A stretch of 64,000 nt of DNA from assembly GCA_051003155.1 (NCBI GenBank), contig JBPCLO010000051.1, positions 126,633 to 190,632 on the forward strand, given 5' to 3'. Each line of letters opens with the position of its first letter. Within the stretch, counting starts at the first letter, position 1. Below the pieces are notes generated by a model, which was given only the letters and a program-made list of their open reading frames with translations, was not told the DNA's origin and made no database searches. The position numbers were made by a program, and so were the translations under genes. Source of the DNA: Fimbriimonadales bacterium (lineage in GTDB: Bacteria; Armatimonadota; Fimbriimonadia; Fimbriimonadales; ATM1). Shown here in pieces: positions 10,340-19,634 of this stretch.

Positions 10340-10745
10340 CTTTCCGCCTATCGAGTTCGCCGAGAATGCCATTGATGAATTTGCCGCTCTCCGCCGTGCT
10401 GTATTTCTTCGCAACGCTCACGACCTCGTTAATCGCCACAGCCGTAGGCGTATCTTCGTAAAACAATATCTCGTATGCACCCAGGCGCAGCAGCGTCCGG
10501 TCGATGGCCGCCATCCTGTCGAGCGAATAACCGCGTGCGAGCCCTTCGAGTCTCGTGTCGATGTTCAACCGCTTCTCCATCGTCCCGCGCACAAGTGCTT
10601 CCGCAAATGTCCGATTGTCCGGAGTGAGTTGAGCCTCGGAAGTGGAGGTCACGAGGGCTTCCTCCACTTCTTGTCCACCGACGTCGATTGCATAAAGCGC
10701 CTTGAACGCAACGAGCCTCGCCTTGCGTCTGGACGCAGACGACAT
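10323..10745 (-). CDS. nusB: Transcription antitermination factor NusB
   Basis: RRKARL N-terminus, IDR.LLRLG.YEI, VAINE, KFINGIL. Confidence 0.95.
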   Translation of the reverse strand: MSSASRRKARLVAFKALYAIDVGGQEVEEALVTSTSEAQLTPDNRTFAEALVRGTMEKRLNIDTRLEGLARGYSLDRMAAIDRTLLRLGAYEILFYEDTPTAVAINEVVSVAKKYSTAESGKFINGILGELDRRKDGSDS

Positions 10746-10746
10746 G

Positions 10747-12093
10747 CTACTCGCTCATCACCGTCGGAACGAAGCTCGTGTCGAGATCGCCTGATCGAAA
10801 TCTCTCGTCTCCGATGAGACGCCGAAGGAACGGAATATTTGTGCGGATCCCTTCGACCCGAAAGTTATCGAGGGCAGTTCCCAGCGTAGCGATCGCGTCG
10901 TCGCGTGTTTCCGCCGTTACGATCAGCTTCGCGATCATCGGATCGTAAAAGGGGCTGATCGTGAAACCCGGATAAACGTGGCTTTCCATCCTAATGGAAG
11001 GGCCAGACGGCGGCTCCCAAACCGTCACTTTGCCGCAACTGGGCGCAAAGTTCTTCGCGGGGTCTTCGGCGGTGATCCGAGCTTCGATCGAGTGTCCTCT
11101 CCAGCGAACCCCTTCCTGCTCCATCGGTAGCTTGTCACCCGCAGCTATCTTGATCATTTGCTGTACGATATCGATGCCGGTTACTTGCTCGGTCACAGTG
11201 TGTTCGACCTGCAATCGCGTGTTCATCTCGATAAAGTAGTGAGCGCCCGCATCGTCCATCAAGAACTCCATCGTTCCCGCGTTCACATACCCGACCGCCT
11301 TGGCCAGACGAACCGCGGCAGCGCCCATCTCGTGCCGCTTCGCCTCGCAGAGCAGGGCAAAGGGCGCCTCCTCGATCATCTTCTGATGCCTGAGGTTTTG
11401 GACTGAGCACTCTCGTTCACCAAGAGAAAGACAGGTTCCATGAGAATCAGCCAGTACCTGGACTTCCACATGACGCGGCTTCTCGACAAACTTCTCCAGG
11501 TACACGTCGCTGCTTCCAAAGCTAGCATCCGCCTCCTGTTGGGCGAGCCGCATCAGCTTCGGGAACTCCTCGGCCGATTCAGCCTTGCGGATTCCCTTGC
11601 CGCCGCCGCCTGCGGATGCCTTGATCAAGACCGGAAACCCAATCCGCTCCGCTTCCGCTAACGCTTCGTCCGGGTCTTCGACGATGCCTGGGGAACCGGG
11701 AACCACCGGGCAGTTCGCAGCAATCGCAGCCTCACGGGCGGATGCCTTGTCGCCCATTCGTGCGATTGCTTCCACTGGAGGCCCGATGAACGCGATTCCA
11801 AGGGCTTGGAGCGAATCGGCGAAATTCTGCCGCTCCGAAAAATAGCCGTATCCAGGATGAACCGCGTCAGACCCGGTGATAACCGCTGCCATCAGAACGT
11901 TCGGCATGTTGAGATAGCTGTCCGAGTTCGTGGCTGCGCCGACACATACGCTCTCGTCGGCCATTTGCACGTGCAGGCTCTCGCGATCGACCTCGCTATA
12001 GATGGCGGCCGTCTTCACGCCGAGCTCGTTGCAGGCGCGAATTATGCGGCAGGCTATCTCGCCTCGGTTAGCGATGAGAATCTTGCTGAACAT
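10747..12093 (-). CDS. accC: Biotin carboxylase
   Basis: KILIANRGEIA, HPGYG, GGGGKG, EMNTRLQVEH, YDPMIAKL. Confidence 0.95.
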   Translation of the reverse strand: MFSKILIANRGEIACRIIRACNELGVKTAAIYSEVDRESLHVQMADESVCVGAATNSDSYLNMPNVLMAAVITGSDAVHPGYGYFSERQNFADSLQALGIAFIGPPVEAIARMGDKASAREAAIAANCPVVPGSPGIVEDPDEALAEAERIGFPVLIKASAGGGGKGIRKAESAEEFPKLMRLAQQEADASFGSSDVYLEKFVEKPRHVEVQVLADSHGTCLSLGERECSVQNLRHQKMIEEAPFALLCEAKRHEMGAAAVRLAKAVGYVNAGTMEFLMDDAGAHYFIEMNTRLQVEHTVTEQVTGIDIVQQMIKIAAGDKLPMEQEGVRWRGHSIEARITAEDPAKNFAPSCGKVTVWEPPSGPSIRMESHVYPGFTISPFYDPMIAKLIVTAETRDDAIATLGTALDNFRVEGIRTNIPFLRRLIGDERFRSGDLDTSFVPTVMSE

Positions 12094-12465
12094 TCAGAAG
12101 TTTTCGTGTCCGGGGTGCGGACAGGTTACCTTGGCCGCTGCGGCATCGAAGTAGTATGCCTCCTCCCCGATCGGACACTTCTGTATGGCGGGGCCGATCC
12201 CGGGCAGGTCTGAAAGGCTGCTCGGCGTATTGCCGTTATTCTGTTCGATCTGCACGGCCATGTTGACCTGCCTTAGATTGCTGCGACAAACCTCGTCCTT
12301 TGTTCGCGCGGCGACCTTGCCAATCGACGTCCTGCCTTCACCGTCCGGCCTTTCGGGCAGCGACGTCCCCATTCCGAAATCGCCATCCAAGAAGATGAGA
12401 ACCATGATGCCGACCACGACAACGGCGAAGAGCAACCCCATCATCGAAAACCCTCTCTCGTTCAT
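12094..12465 (-). CDS. Small prepilin-like protein
   Basis: MNERG|FSMMGLL + hydrophobic run (class III signal-like), C.SNLRQV motif, two further Cys. Confidence 0.6.
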   Translation of the reverse strand: MNERGFSMMGLLFAVVVVGIMVLIFLDGDFGMGTSLPERPDGEGRTSIGKVAARTKDEVCRSNLRQVNMAVQIEQNNGNTPSSLSDLPGIGPAIQKCPIGEEAYYFDAAAAKVTCPHPGHENF

Positions 12466-12851
12466 TTGGAGACCCTTACCTTCGCAACCGGCTGTCCGTA
12501 CTCCACCGTTTGCCCGTCGTGCGCCAATAGCTCTTCGACAATCGCGTCGACGTGGGCGACCACGTCGTTAGGTAGGCCGAGCGCTTCGACGATGCCCACA
12601 ACGTCGCCGGCCTCTACGGAAGCGCCGACCTCTGCCTCATGCCGGAAAAATCCGACGTATCCGCTCTTGATCACCGCCGATTCAGCGCCCGGCTCTTCCT
12701 CCGCAAGCGGCGAAGATGCGGTCGCAGAAGGGGCATCGCCGAACTCGAGCACAATCTGTCGATCCCCGGATTCGATGCCAACGTACGTTAGACCCCTAGC
12801 ATTGGCCAGCCGTACCAACCGCTCTACCTCTTCACTCTCGAAGCCGTTCAT
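12462..12851 (-). CDS. BCCP/AccB-like protein lacking the biotinyl-lysine
   Basis: BCCP architecture (IKS..VG.F, GDVVGIVEA, VEYGQP) but EALGL in place of EAMKM; upstream of accC. Confidence 0.75.
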   Translation of the reverse strand: MNGFESEEVERLVRLANARGLTYVGIESGDRQIVLEFGDAPSATASSPLAEEEPGAESAVIKSGYVGFFRHEAEVGASVEAGDVVGIVEALGLPNDVVAHVDAIVEELLAHDGQTVEYGQPVAKVRVSK

Positions 12852-13966
12852 ATCTTTAGCTTGAAGATACCGAACTCGACGGCTCGCATGATTTGGGAAA
12901 GCAGGAAGAGCATCAGCAGAATCAGAATCCCGTGCTCAAGAAATCCGGGTGTCGTTCCGATCGTGGTCTTGTCGAGCGTGGGGTCGTTCGCGAAGGTGAA
13001 GCGGCTGAGCGCGGAGTCGAACCCATGGAGCAGATTATTGGTGAGATTGAGAAATTGAGGCTGAAAAAGCAGGTAGACGAGCGTAACAAAACTTAGCGCG
13101 ATCGGAACCGAGAGACGGTACTTGTGCCGCTGATGCTCGTTGTAAATAACGCATTGCCGGCAGCGCTCCGCCTTCTGCTGCGGAGTCGCGCGACTCGTCC
13201 TCGGAATGAACTTCGCTGCGGCGACGACGTCCCTCGGGATCGTTTTGCCTTCCAGTGCGCCCCGGATGACCTCCTCCTCGCACATGCAGCCGACCCGTTC
13301 GCGCCAGCAAGTCCTGCGGCTGTGATAGATGGGGCAGGCTTCGCGCACGAACTTGCGGCAGAAGGGAAGCTGCCAGCACTTGCCCATAAAGACGTTCCGG
13401 TAGTCGGCCTCTTCCCTGATGCCCTTGCCGTACTTGATCTGATCGTGATGAGTACCGTGTATCGCCCTGTTCCTAATGCGCAAAGCGGCGTCGATCAGCT
13501 GCAAAACAATGGCGAAGCCACCCAGCCACAGTCCTCCCCGATGCAGGGCCCCGATGGCCATCGACGACAACCCTTCGGCTCCTGGAACATACGAATCGGT
13601 GATCAAGCCCGTCATGGGCAGCAGGTCGGGAGAAAAGTAGTATAGAGCAGCCAAGATCAGCAGCGTAAGAGGGAGAGCGAAGTCCCCCCAGAAGCTGAAC
13701 ATGATGCCGACACCCAGGGCGAGGAGCGACAAGGTCAGACCAACTCCGAACTTGCCGATCAGGTTGGCCGCATCCTGCGTCTCGTTTGGGGTCAGCGGGA
13801 GCGAAGCGCTGAAGTGTTGCGCGTAGTAGACCAGGAACCCGGTGGCGAGCACGGTTCCGACTGCACCGACGAACGTGAATTTGCCCCGGAGCCAAGTCAG
13901 TATCTCCGATCCCCACTCGGTCCTTTCGACCGTATCGGGTACTGCGACGGGGTTGGTGGAGTTCAT
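12848..13966 (-). CDS. Membrane protein with Cys-rich soluble domain
   Basis: About 6 TM segments; CWQLPFC..CPIY..CW..GCMC..CRQC. Confidence 0.75.
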   Translation of the reverse strand: MNSTNPVAVPDTVERTEWGSEILTWLRGKFTFVGAVGTVLATGFLVYYAQHFSASLPLTPNETQDAANLIGKFGVGLTLSLLALGVGIMFSFWGDFALPLTLLILAALYYFSPDLLPMTGLITDSYVPGAEGLSSMAIGALHRGGLWLGGFAIVLQLIDAALRIRNRAIHGTHHDQIKYGKGIREEADYRNVFMGKCWQLPFCRKFVREACPIYHSRRTCWRERVGCMCEEEVIRGALEGKTIPRDVVAAAKFIPRTSRATPQQKAERCRQCVIYNEHQRHKYRLSVPIALSFVTLVYLLFQPQFLNLTNNLLHGFDSALSRFTFANDPTLDKTTIGTTPGFLEHGILILLMLFLLSQIMRAVEFGIFKLKI

Positions 13967-13970
13967 TGGC

Positions 13971-14540
13971 CTACGCCGTTTTGACGCGCTCCAGGTAAGT
14001 ATCGGTTCGTGTATCGATCTTCAGGACATCACCCGGGTTGATGTGGAACGGTACGCTGACGATGGCCCCGCCCTCCATCGTTGCAGGCTTCGAGCCTCCG
14101 CTCACCGTGTCGCCTTTGAATGCAGGGTCGGTTTCCGAGACCGCGAGTTCGACGAAGTTCGGCACTTCCAAGCCCCACACTTCGCCGTCGACAGTCATGG
14201 CCGAAACCTCCATGCCTTCACCGAGATACTTGACGCTATCGCCGACATAGGAGAGCGGATAGTGGTGCTGCTCAAAGTCTTCCATATCCATGACCACGAC
14301 CTCGTCGCCTGCTTTATACAAGTATTGCAGTTTCCGCTTCTCGACGTATGCGGGCTCCACCCGCTCCCCGGCACGGAACGTCTTTTCGATGTTCTGACCG
14401 GTTTTGAGCTTCCTTAGCTTGGTGCGAACGAATGCGGCGCCCTTCCCGGGCTTGACGTGCTGAAACTCGACTATGGTATAGACCTCGCCTTCGAGATAGA
14501 TGTTCATTCCGTTTTTGAAGCTGCTGGTGTCGATCGCCAA
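13971..14540 (-). CDS. efp: Elongation factor P
   Basis: HVKPGKGAAFVR, KGDTVSGGSKPA; TTG start. Confidence 0.97.
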   Translation of the reverse strand: MAIDTSSFKNGMNIYLEGEVYTIVEFQHVKPGKGAAFVRTKLRKLKTGQNIEKTFRAGERVEPAYVEKRKLQYLYKAGDEVVVMDMEDFEQHHYPLSYVGDSVKYLGEGMEVSAMTVDGEVWGLEVPNFVELAVSETDPAFKGDTVSGGSKPATMEGGAIVSVPFHINPGDVLKIDTRTDTYLERVKTA

Positions 14541-14572
14541 GTGAGTGTTCCCGTTCGTTGGAATGCGTCCGA

Positions 14573-14581
14573 ATTATAGCA
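14573..14581 (-). promoter_or_regulatory. Extended -10 promoter of the efp operon
   Basis: TGCTATAAT on minus strand, 32 nt upstream of the efp start. Confidence 0.65.
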
Positions 14582-14660
14582 GACGGGCTTACAGTTCGAT
14601 GCTTCCGTTCCGTCCGCTCAGTCCACTAACCCACATCCACCCTTGGGTAGCCTGTGACCC

Positions 14661-15479
14661 ATGAACCGCATCGATCTCGCTAGTTTCCAGACCAGCCAAG
14701 ACGGGGGAATGATCAAAGAGGATGCACACGCCAAGGTCGAAGAAATGGGCAAGGAGCTCGACGAACTCGAAGACCTACTGTTCTATGCAGCCCAGCATTC
14801 GTTGCTCGTCGTCCTACAGGGGCGAGACACGAGCGGCAAAGACGGCACTATTCGCACAATCTTGCAATTCGTAAACGGCCAGAGCTGCCGCGTCGCCTCC
14901 TTCAAGGTGCCGACCGAGGAGGAACTAGCGCACGACTTCTTATGGCGTGTCCACTCCCAGGCGCCGCGCAAAGGGTCTATGACGATCTTCAACCGCTCGC
15001 ACTACGAAGACGTTCTCGTCGTCCGCGTCCACGAACTCGCGCCGAAAGAGCTCTGGTCGAAACGCTACGAAGACATCAACAACTTCGAAAAACTGCTCGC
15101 CGACAACGACACAATCATCCTCAAGTTCATGCTCTGCATTTCGAAGGAGGAGCAGGGAGAAAGGCTACTCGCCCGCGAGCAAGAGGTCGAGAAGTCTTGG
15201 AAGCTGTCGGTCGGTGATTGGAAGGAGCGCGAATACTGGGGTGCGTACACCGAGGCATACCAAGACGTTCTCGATAGATGCTCGAACGAGCACGCCCCGT
15301 GGCATGTGGTGCCGGCGGATCGCAAGTGGTACCGAGACTACATGATCCTGAAGACGATCGTCGAAGCGCTCCGGAGCCACAAGAAAGGCTGGCTCGACCA
15401 TCTGCAAGCCGTCGGTGATGAGCGTAGAGCTGAACTCGGCGAATACCGGAAACACTTGAAATCGGAACCGATCCGATAG
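14661..15479 (+). CDS. ppk2: Polyphosphate kinase 2 family (class III-like)
   Basis: QGRDTSGKDG Walker A, HDFLWR, FNRSHYEDVLVVRV, VVPADRKWYR. Confidence 0.92.
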   Translation: MNRIDLASFQTSQDGGMIKEDAHAKVEEMGKELDELEDLLFYAAQHSLLVVLQGRDTSGKDGTIRTILQFVNGQSCRVASFKVPTEEELAHDFLWRVHSQAPRKGSMTIFNRSHYEDVLVVRVHELAPKELWSKRYEDINNFEKLLADNDTIILKFMLCISKEEQGERLLAREQEVEKSWKLSVGDWKEREYWGAYTEAYQDVLDRCSNEHAPWHVVPADRKWYRDYMILKTIVEALRSHKKGWLDHLQAVGDERRAELGEYRKHLKSEPIR

Positions 15480-15497
15480 CAACGCAGTAAGCACTAC

Positions 15498-17465
15498 GTG
15501 CGCTTTTCCCTTTCGATGATCCTGACCTTCGTCGCGACGCTTTCGTTGGCCCAAAACCGCGAGATTCCCGGCAAAGAACTCACTAAACCACCGGTCATCG
15601 ACGGCGTGATTTCGGAAGTCGAATGGGCCGAAGCGGCGGAGTCGGGCGGTTTTGTCGACCCGGTTACCGGCAAGGAAACCGAGTTCGACACCAAGGTCCT
15701 CGCCGGCTACGACTCAAGCAACATCTATTTTGCCGTTAAGGCGACGGACCCCTCGCCGAATCTAATCCGCATGTCCGAGTATCGGCGTGGCGCCGATATG
15801 GAAGGTGACGACAAGATCGTGGTCGTCATCAATCCCTATGGTACGTTCCGCGAGGAGGACTTCAGCGAGTTCGAAGTCAACCCGCGCGGAGCGGCTCGGG
15901 CAGATTTCGCAGGCGGCCGAGCAAGCAAGCGCGAGTGGGAGGGCGACTGGGAAGCGGCCGGCAAAGCGACCGCAAGCGGCTACGAAGTCGAGATCCGAAT
16001 ACCGTGGCGCATCCTTCGGCTGCCCTCGGCCGGCACGAGGAACCTGACGTTCAACTTCGGAAGATACATCGCACGCAAGCAACAGGAGCTTTTCTGGGCG
16101 AACCTCGGCACCCAGGAACGCTTCGAACTCAGCGGCATTTGGAAGGACGTAAAGGTTCCAGCCGTTCAAACCGGAAGCGTGATCCAGGCGCTTCCGTATC
16201 AAGTAGCTGGGCTCGCCGAGGATGGACACATATTCAACACCGGCGTGGACCTTCGCTACCAAGTTGGTTCTCAGATAACGACCCTCGCGACGATCAATCC
16301 CGACTTTGCGAACGTGGAAAGCGCGGTCCTGGGTATCGAGTTTTCGCGCTTCGAGCGCCTCGCCGACGAGCGGAGGCCGTTCTTCGTCGAAGGCTCGAGC
16401 TTCTTCGGCATCGGCGGAATGTCCGCCCGCCTGTTCGCTCCTCAGCGGATCGGCCAGATCGACTTCGGAGCCAAAGGCTTCGGACAAATCACCGCCAACG
16501 ATTCGATCGGCGCCCTAGTCACCGGTAGGCTTGGCGAAGAGACCGCCGGGGTCTTTCGGTATCGCAAGACGTTCGGGCCGCGCGCCTCCATCAACGCGGG
16601 CTATGTTGGTTTCGACGACCCTGAGGGCCACAACCATGCGTACGGAATAGAAGCCTACTACGACGGCCCGCGTTGGGGCGGCGACTTGATCTTCAGCCAA
16701 ACGGACGACGAGCTCGTCGGGGTGGGCTCACGCCTCGACGCGGACATCACGTATGGCGACGGCACGCTCTTTGCGTTCGGAGGGTGGCAACGGATCAGCG
16801 AGGACTTCCTCCCCCGCCTGGGGTTCGCGCCGCGAAAGGGCTTCCAGGGTTTTTCGATGTTCGCCGGGTACGAGAAAGAGTGGCGTTCCGGCCCTTTCAG
16901 GCATTTCGAGATTGGCGCGGAATTCGTCGACAGGCTGAAAGAGAACGGCAACGGAGTTTTCGAAAGGGGCCAAGCGGCCTCGATCTCCTTTTCCCAACGA
17001 AACGGCCTCTTTTACGGGGTCGATTTCGAGAACTTCAATTTCGAAGGCGATATCGTGCGCGTCGCGGGTTTCGGCATCGGCTACCCCTCCGATGACCCCA
17101 ATCACCGCATAGAAATGGGCGGCAACGTTGGCGAGGTCGAGGGCGAGGACTACCACGACGTTGCCCTGTCGGCCACCTACCGGTTTCCGAATCGGCTTAC
17201 CACGTCCGCAGCACTGCAGTTCGTCCGCGAAACCGGCCAGAATGAGTTTCAGCACATCTTCGGGGCGACGTACGAGCTTTCCGAGTTCCGTTCCGTCTCC
17301 GGCCGCGCGATCGTCGGGGACCAAGGCGTCAACTGGTACGTCGCATTCCGCCAGTCGGGCAACCTGGGAACCGAGTACTACCTGATCATCGGAGACCCCC
17401 GAGCCAACAGCTTCGAGAACAAAGTCGTCCTCAAGGTCGTCACACCATTGACTATCAAATTGTAG
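15498..17465 (+). CDS. CBM9-like domain + DUF5916-type outer-membrane protein
   Basis: Signal peptide; PVIDG...EW; INPDFANVE and ERRPFFVEG motifs; beta-rich C-terminus. Confidence 0.7.
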   Translation: MRFSLSMILTFVATLSLAQNREIPGKELTKPPVIDGVISEVEWAEAAESGGFVDPVTGKETEFDTKVLAGYDSSNIYFAVKATDPSPNLIRMSEYRRGADMEGDDKIVVVINPYGTFREEDFSEFEVNPRGAARADFAGGRASKREWEGDWEAAGKATASGYEVEIRIPWRILRLPSAGTRNLTFNFGRYIARKQQELFWANLGTQERFELSGIWKDVKVPAVQTGSVIQALPYQVAGLAEDGHIFNTGVDLRYQVGSQITTLATINPDFANVESAVLGIEFSRFERLADERRPFFVEGSSFFGIGGMSARLFAPQRIGQIDFGAKGFGQITANDSIGALVTGRLGEETAGVFRYRKTFGPRASINAGYVGFDDPEGHNHAYGIEAYYDGPRWGGDLIFSQTDDELVGVGSRLDADITYGDGTLFAFGGWQRISEDFLPRLGFAPRKGFQGFSMFAGYEKEWRSGPFRHFEIGAEFVDRLKENGNGVFERGQAASISFSQRNGLFYGVDFENFNFEGDIVRVAGFGIGYPSDDPNHRIEMGGNVGEVEGEDYHDVALSATYRFPNRLTTSAALQFVRETGQNEFQHIFGATYELSEFRSVSGRAIVGDQGVNWYVAFRQSGNLGTEYYLIIGDPRANSFENKVVLKVVTPLTIKL

Positions 17466-17555
17466 CCAAGGGATTGAGCTCCGACGACAGATTCCTGTCG
17501 ACTGAATGAAAAGCGCAAACTCGCAATCGCCCCCTCTCGCTCTTTTGCACTGTGT

Positions 17556-18659
17556 TTGCAAGTCGTGCCTTGGGCGAGCTGGAGGAAGGCCATAATTACT
17601 AAATGTCGTTTCGAACCGTTATTCTCGTTCGCTGGGCGAGTTCTTACAACGAGCACGGTGTTCGCGCTCGCCGCGGCTACAAATGCCCAATGGACGGTCG
17701 TGAAGCTACACCCGCATGGGTCGACCGAGTCCGCGGCCTACGCCATTGACGCGGGTCAGCAGGTCGGTTATTCGCGCGTGCGGAGTCTGCCCCACGCGTC
17801 TTTGTGGACGGGGAAACCAGATTCGTGGCTAGACCTACTCCCCACGAGGTATATCTTCGTGTCATACGCGACGGGTGTCCACGAGGGTCAGCAGGTCGGC
17901 TACGTCAACCACATTTCCACGGGGGATACGGTCGCATTTCTTTGCAGGGGAACGCCTGAATCCTTGGTGAGCCTCAATCCAAAGGGAGCTGCAGAGTCAT
18001 TTGCCCTTGGCGTGCATGAAGGGCGCCAAGTAGGCGGCGCCGTTGTGGCTGGGGTTACGCGTGCGGGCATGTGGGCGGGCTCGGCTGATACTTGGATTGA
18101 TCTGCATCCCCTGGGGTCAGTAGGCTCAATGGCCTTCGGGATATACAAGGGTCAGCAGGTGGGACATTCTACGCTCTTCACGAATGCGGACTCAAGTTCC
18201 CATGCTGGCCTCTGGACTGGCACGGCGGCATCCTGGGTAGACCTCCATCCGGCAGCGGCGGTCGATTCTTCAGCAGTTGCTGTTCATCAAGGTCAACAAG
18301 TGGGCATGGCGTTTGTCAACGGCAAGCGTCACGCAAGTTTTTGGACCGGAACCGCGGATTCGTGGGTAGACCTCAATCCGCGAGGCGCGAGCGCTTCGGA
18401 CTGCTTAGGCGTGCACCGGGGAATGCAGGTGGGCTGGGCTCAGAGATACGGGCGCACACACGCCACTCTCTGGACTGGAATGGCCGATTCATCAGTCGAC
18501 CTCCATATCTTCCTGGCTTCGAATTACACGAATTCTCGAGCTCATGGGATATGGGAGGATAATGAAGGCGCCGTGTACATAGTCGGTGAAGGGTTCAACT
18601 CCGTGGCGGGCCGTTACGAGGCGCTCATGTGGGCTCGACGAAAACCTGGCCGGCGGTAG
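17556..18659 (+). CDS. Secreted ~40-aa repeat (HAF-like, probable beta-propeller) protein; start uncertain
   Basis: About 7 repeats of S.A.GVH.GQQVG...HA..W.GTA.SWVDL(H/N)P. Confidence 0.7.
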   Translation: MQVVPWASWRKAIITKCRFEPLFSFAGRVLTTSTVFALAAATNAQWTVVKLHPHGSTESAAYAIDAGQQVGYSRVRSLPHASLWTGKPDSWLDLLPTRYIFVSYATGVHEGQQVGYVNHISTGDTVAFLCRGTPESLVSLNPKGAAESFALGVHEGRQVGGAVVAGVTRAGMWAGSADTWIDLHPLGSVGSMAFGIYKGQQVGHSTLFTNADSSSHAGLWTGTAASWVDLHPAAAVDSSAVAVHQGQQVGMAFVNGKRHASFWTGTADSWVDLNPRGASASDCLGVHRGMQVGWAQRYGRTHATLWTGMADSSVDLHIFLASNYTNSRAHGIWEDNEGAVYIVGEGFNSVAGRYEALMWARRKPGRR

Positions 18660-18869
18660 CTTTGACCATTCACGAAAAGGGGAACTCTAAATACTCCGAA
18701 CCGGGCAGGTCGTACTCAAAGTCGTCACGCCGTTTAGCCTTCGGCTCTGAGCCCGGACGTGTTTCCATGCTCTGGCAAGATCTGCCAGTTGGCCGGTTTT
18801 GCGCTTGACGGCTTGCGGTATAACTTCCCCCGGAAATGGGCAGGCGACGGCAGCACGAATCGGAGTTCA

Positions 18870-19634
18870 ATGGATAGCCGCGAGAGGCTTGTCGGAGCGG
18901 CCCGAGGAGGAGCGGTGGACCGGGCCCCGTGGTTTGCCTGGAGCCCGGCAACTTCCGCTCGAACCGCGATTGATTTCGCCAAGAAGTGGCAGACCGATGC
19001 CGTGGTGGTGGAGAGCGCGATCGACTGCGGGCAAGTGCTCGCCGAGGCCCCCGAAGTCGCAGTCCTCGTCGAGGTCGGCAACCCGTTCGGAGAGGCGATG
19101 CAAGCGGGAATCGACCTGAACGAAGAGTTTTCACGCGGCCCGATCGACGGCAGCTCCGCTTTCGGCGCGTATGCCCAAGGCGTCACGAGCAGCCTTCAGG
19201 CGGCCCTAGAGAGTGGCGCGGACGGAGTGCTGTACCGGCTCTTTGGGGCCGATCCCGGCCTCAGCAGCCCGATGCAGTTCGGCGGTTTTTACTTGGAGCA
19301 GGAGCGCGAACTCCTCCAAAGCATCGCCGATGCCCGCCTCAACGTTCTTTATGTCGAAGGCGGTGAGGAGATGTTCCTCGATGTCTTGGCAGACCTGCCT
19401 GCGCAGGCGTTTTCATGGGATGAAGGACGATCGCATATCTCGCCCCAAGAGGTTCGCAAGGTACGCAAGGGTGCGCTCGCCTGCGGCCTCGAGAGCAGCC
19501 ACCGCAAGCTCTGGGACGATTTCGGCGGCACGGGCCTGATCCTCTGCGGCCAAGTTTCCGATTTGAGCGAATTTGATTTCAGCGAAGTCAGCGAAGCGGC
19601 CCAAGACCTCCCGAGTCCGGCTGCCCATGAATAA
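18870..19634 (+). CDS. Divergent uroporphyrinogen decarboxylase/MtaA-like TIM barrel
   Basis: MDSRERL..A.RG..VDRAP N-terminus typical of URO-D/CIMS family; A.ESGADG. Confidence 0.55.
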   Translation: MDSRERLVGAARGGAVDRAPWFAWSPATSARTAIDFAKKWQTDAVVVESAIDCGQVLAEAPEVAVLVEVGNPFGEAMQAGIDLNEEFSRGPIDGSSAFGAYAQGVTSSLQAALESGADGVLYRLFGADPGLSSPMQFGGFYLEQERELLQSIADARLNVLYVEGGEEMFLDVLADLPAQAFSWDEGRSHISPQEVRKVRKGALACGLESSHRKLWDDFGGTGLILCGQVSDLSEFDFSEVSEAAQDLPSPAAHE

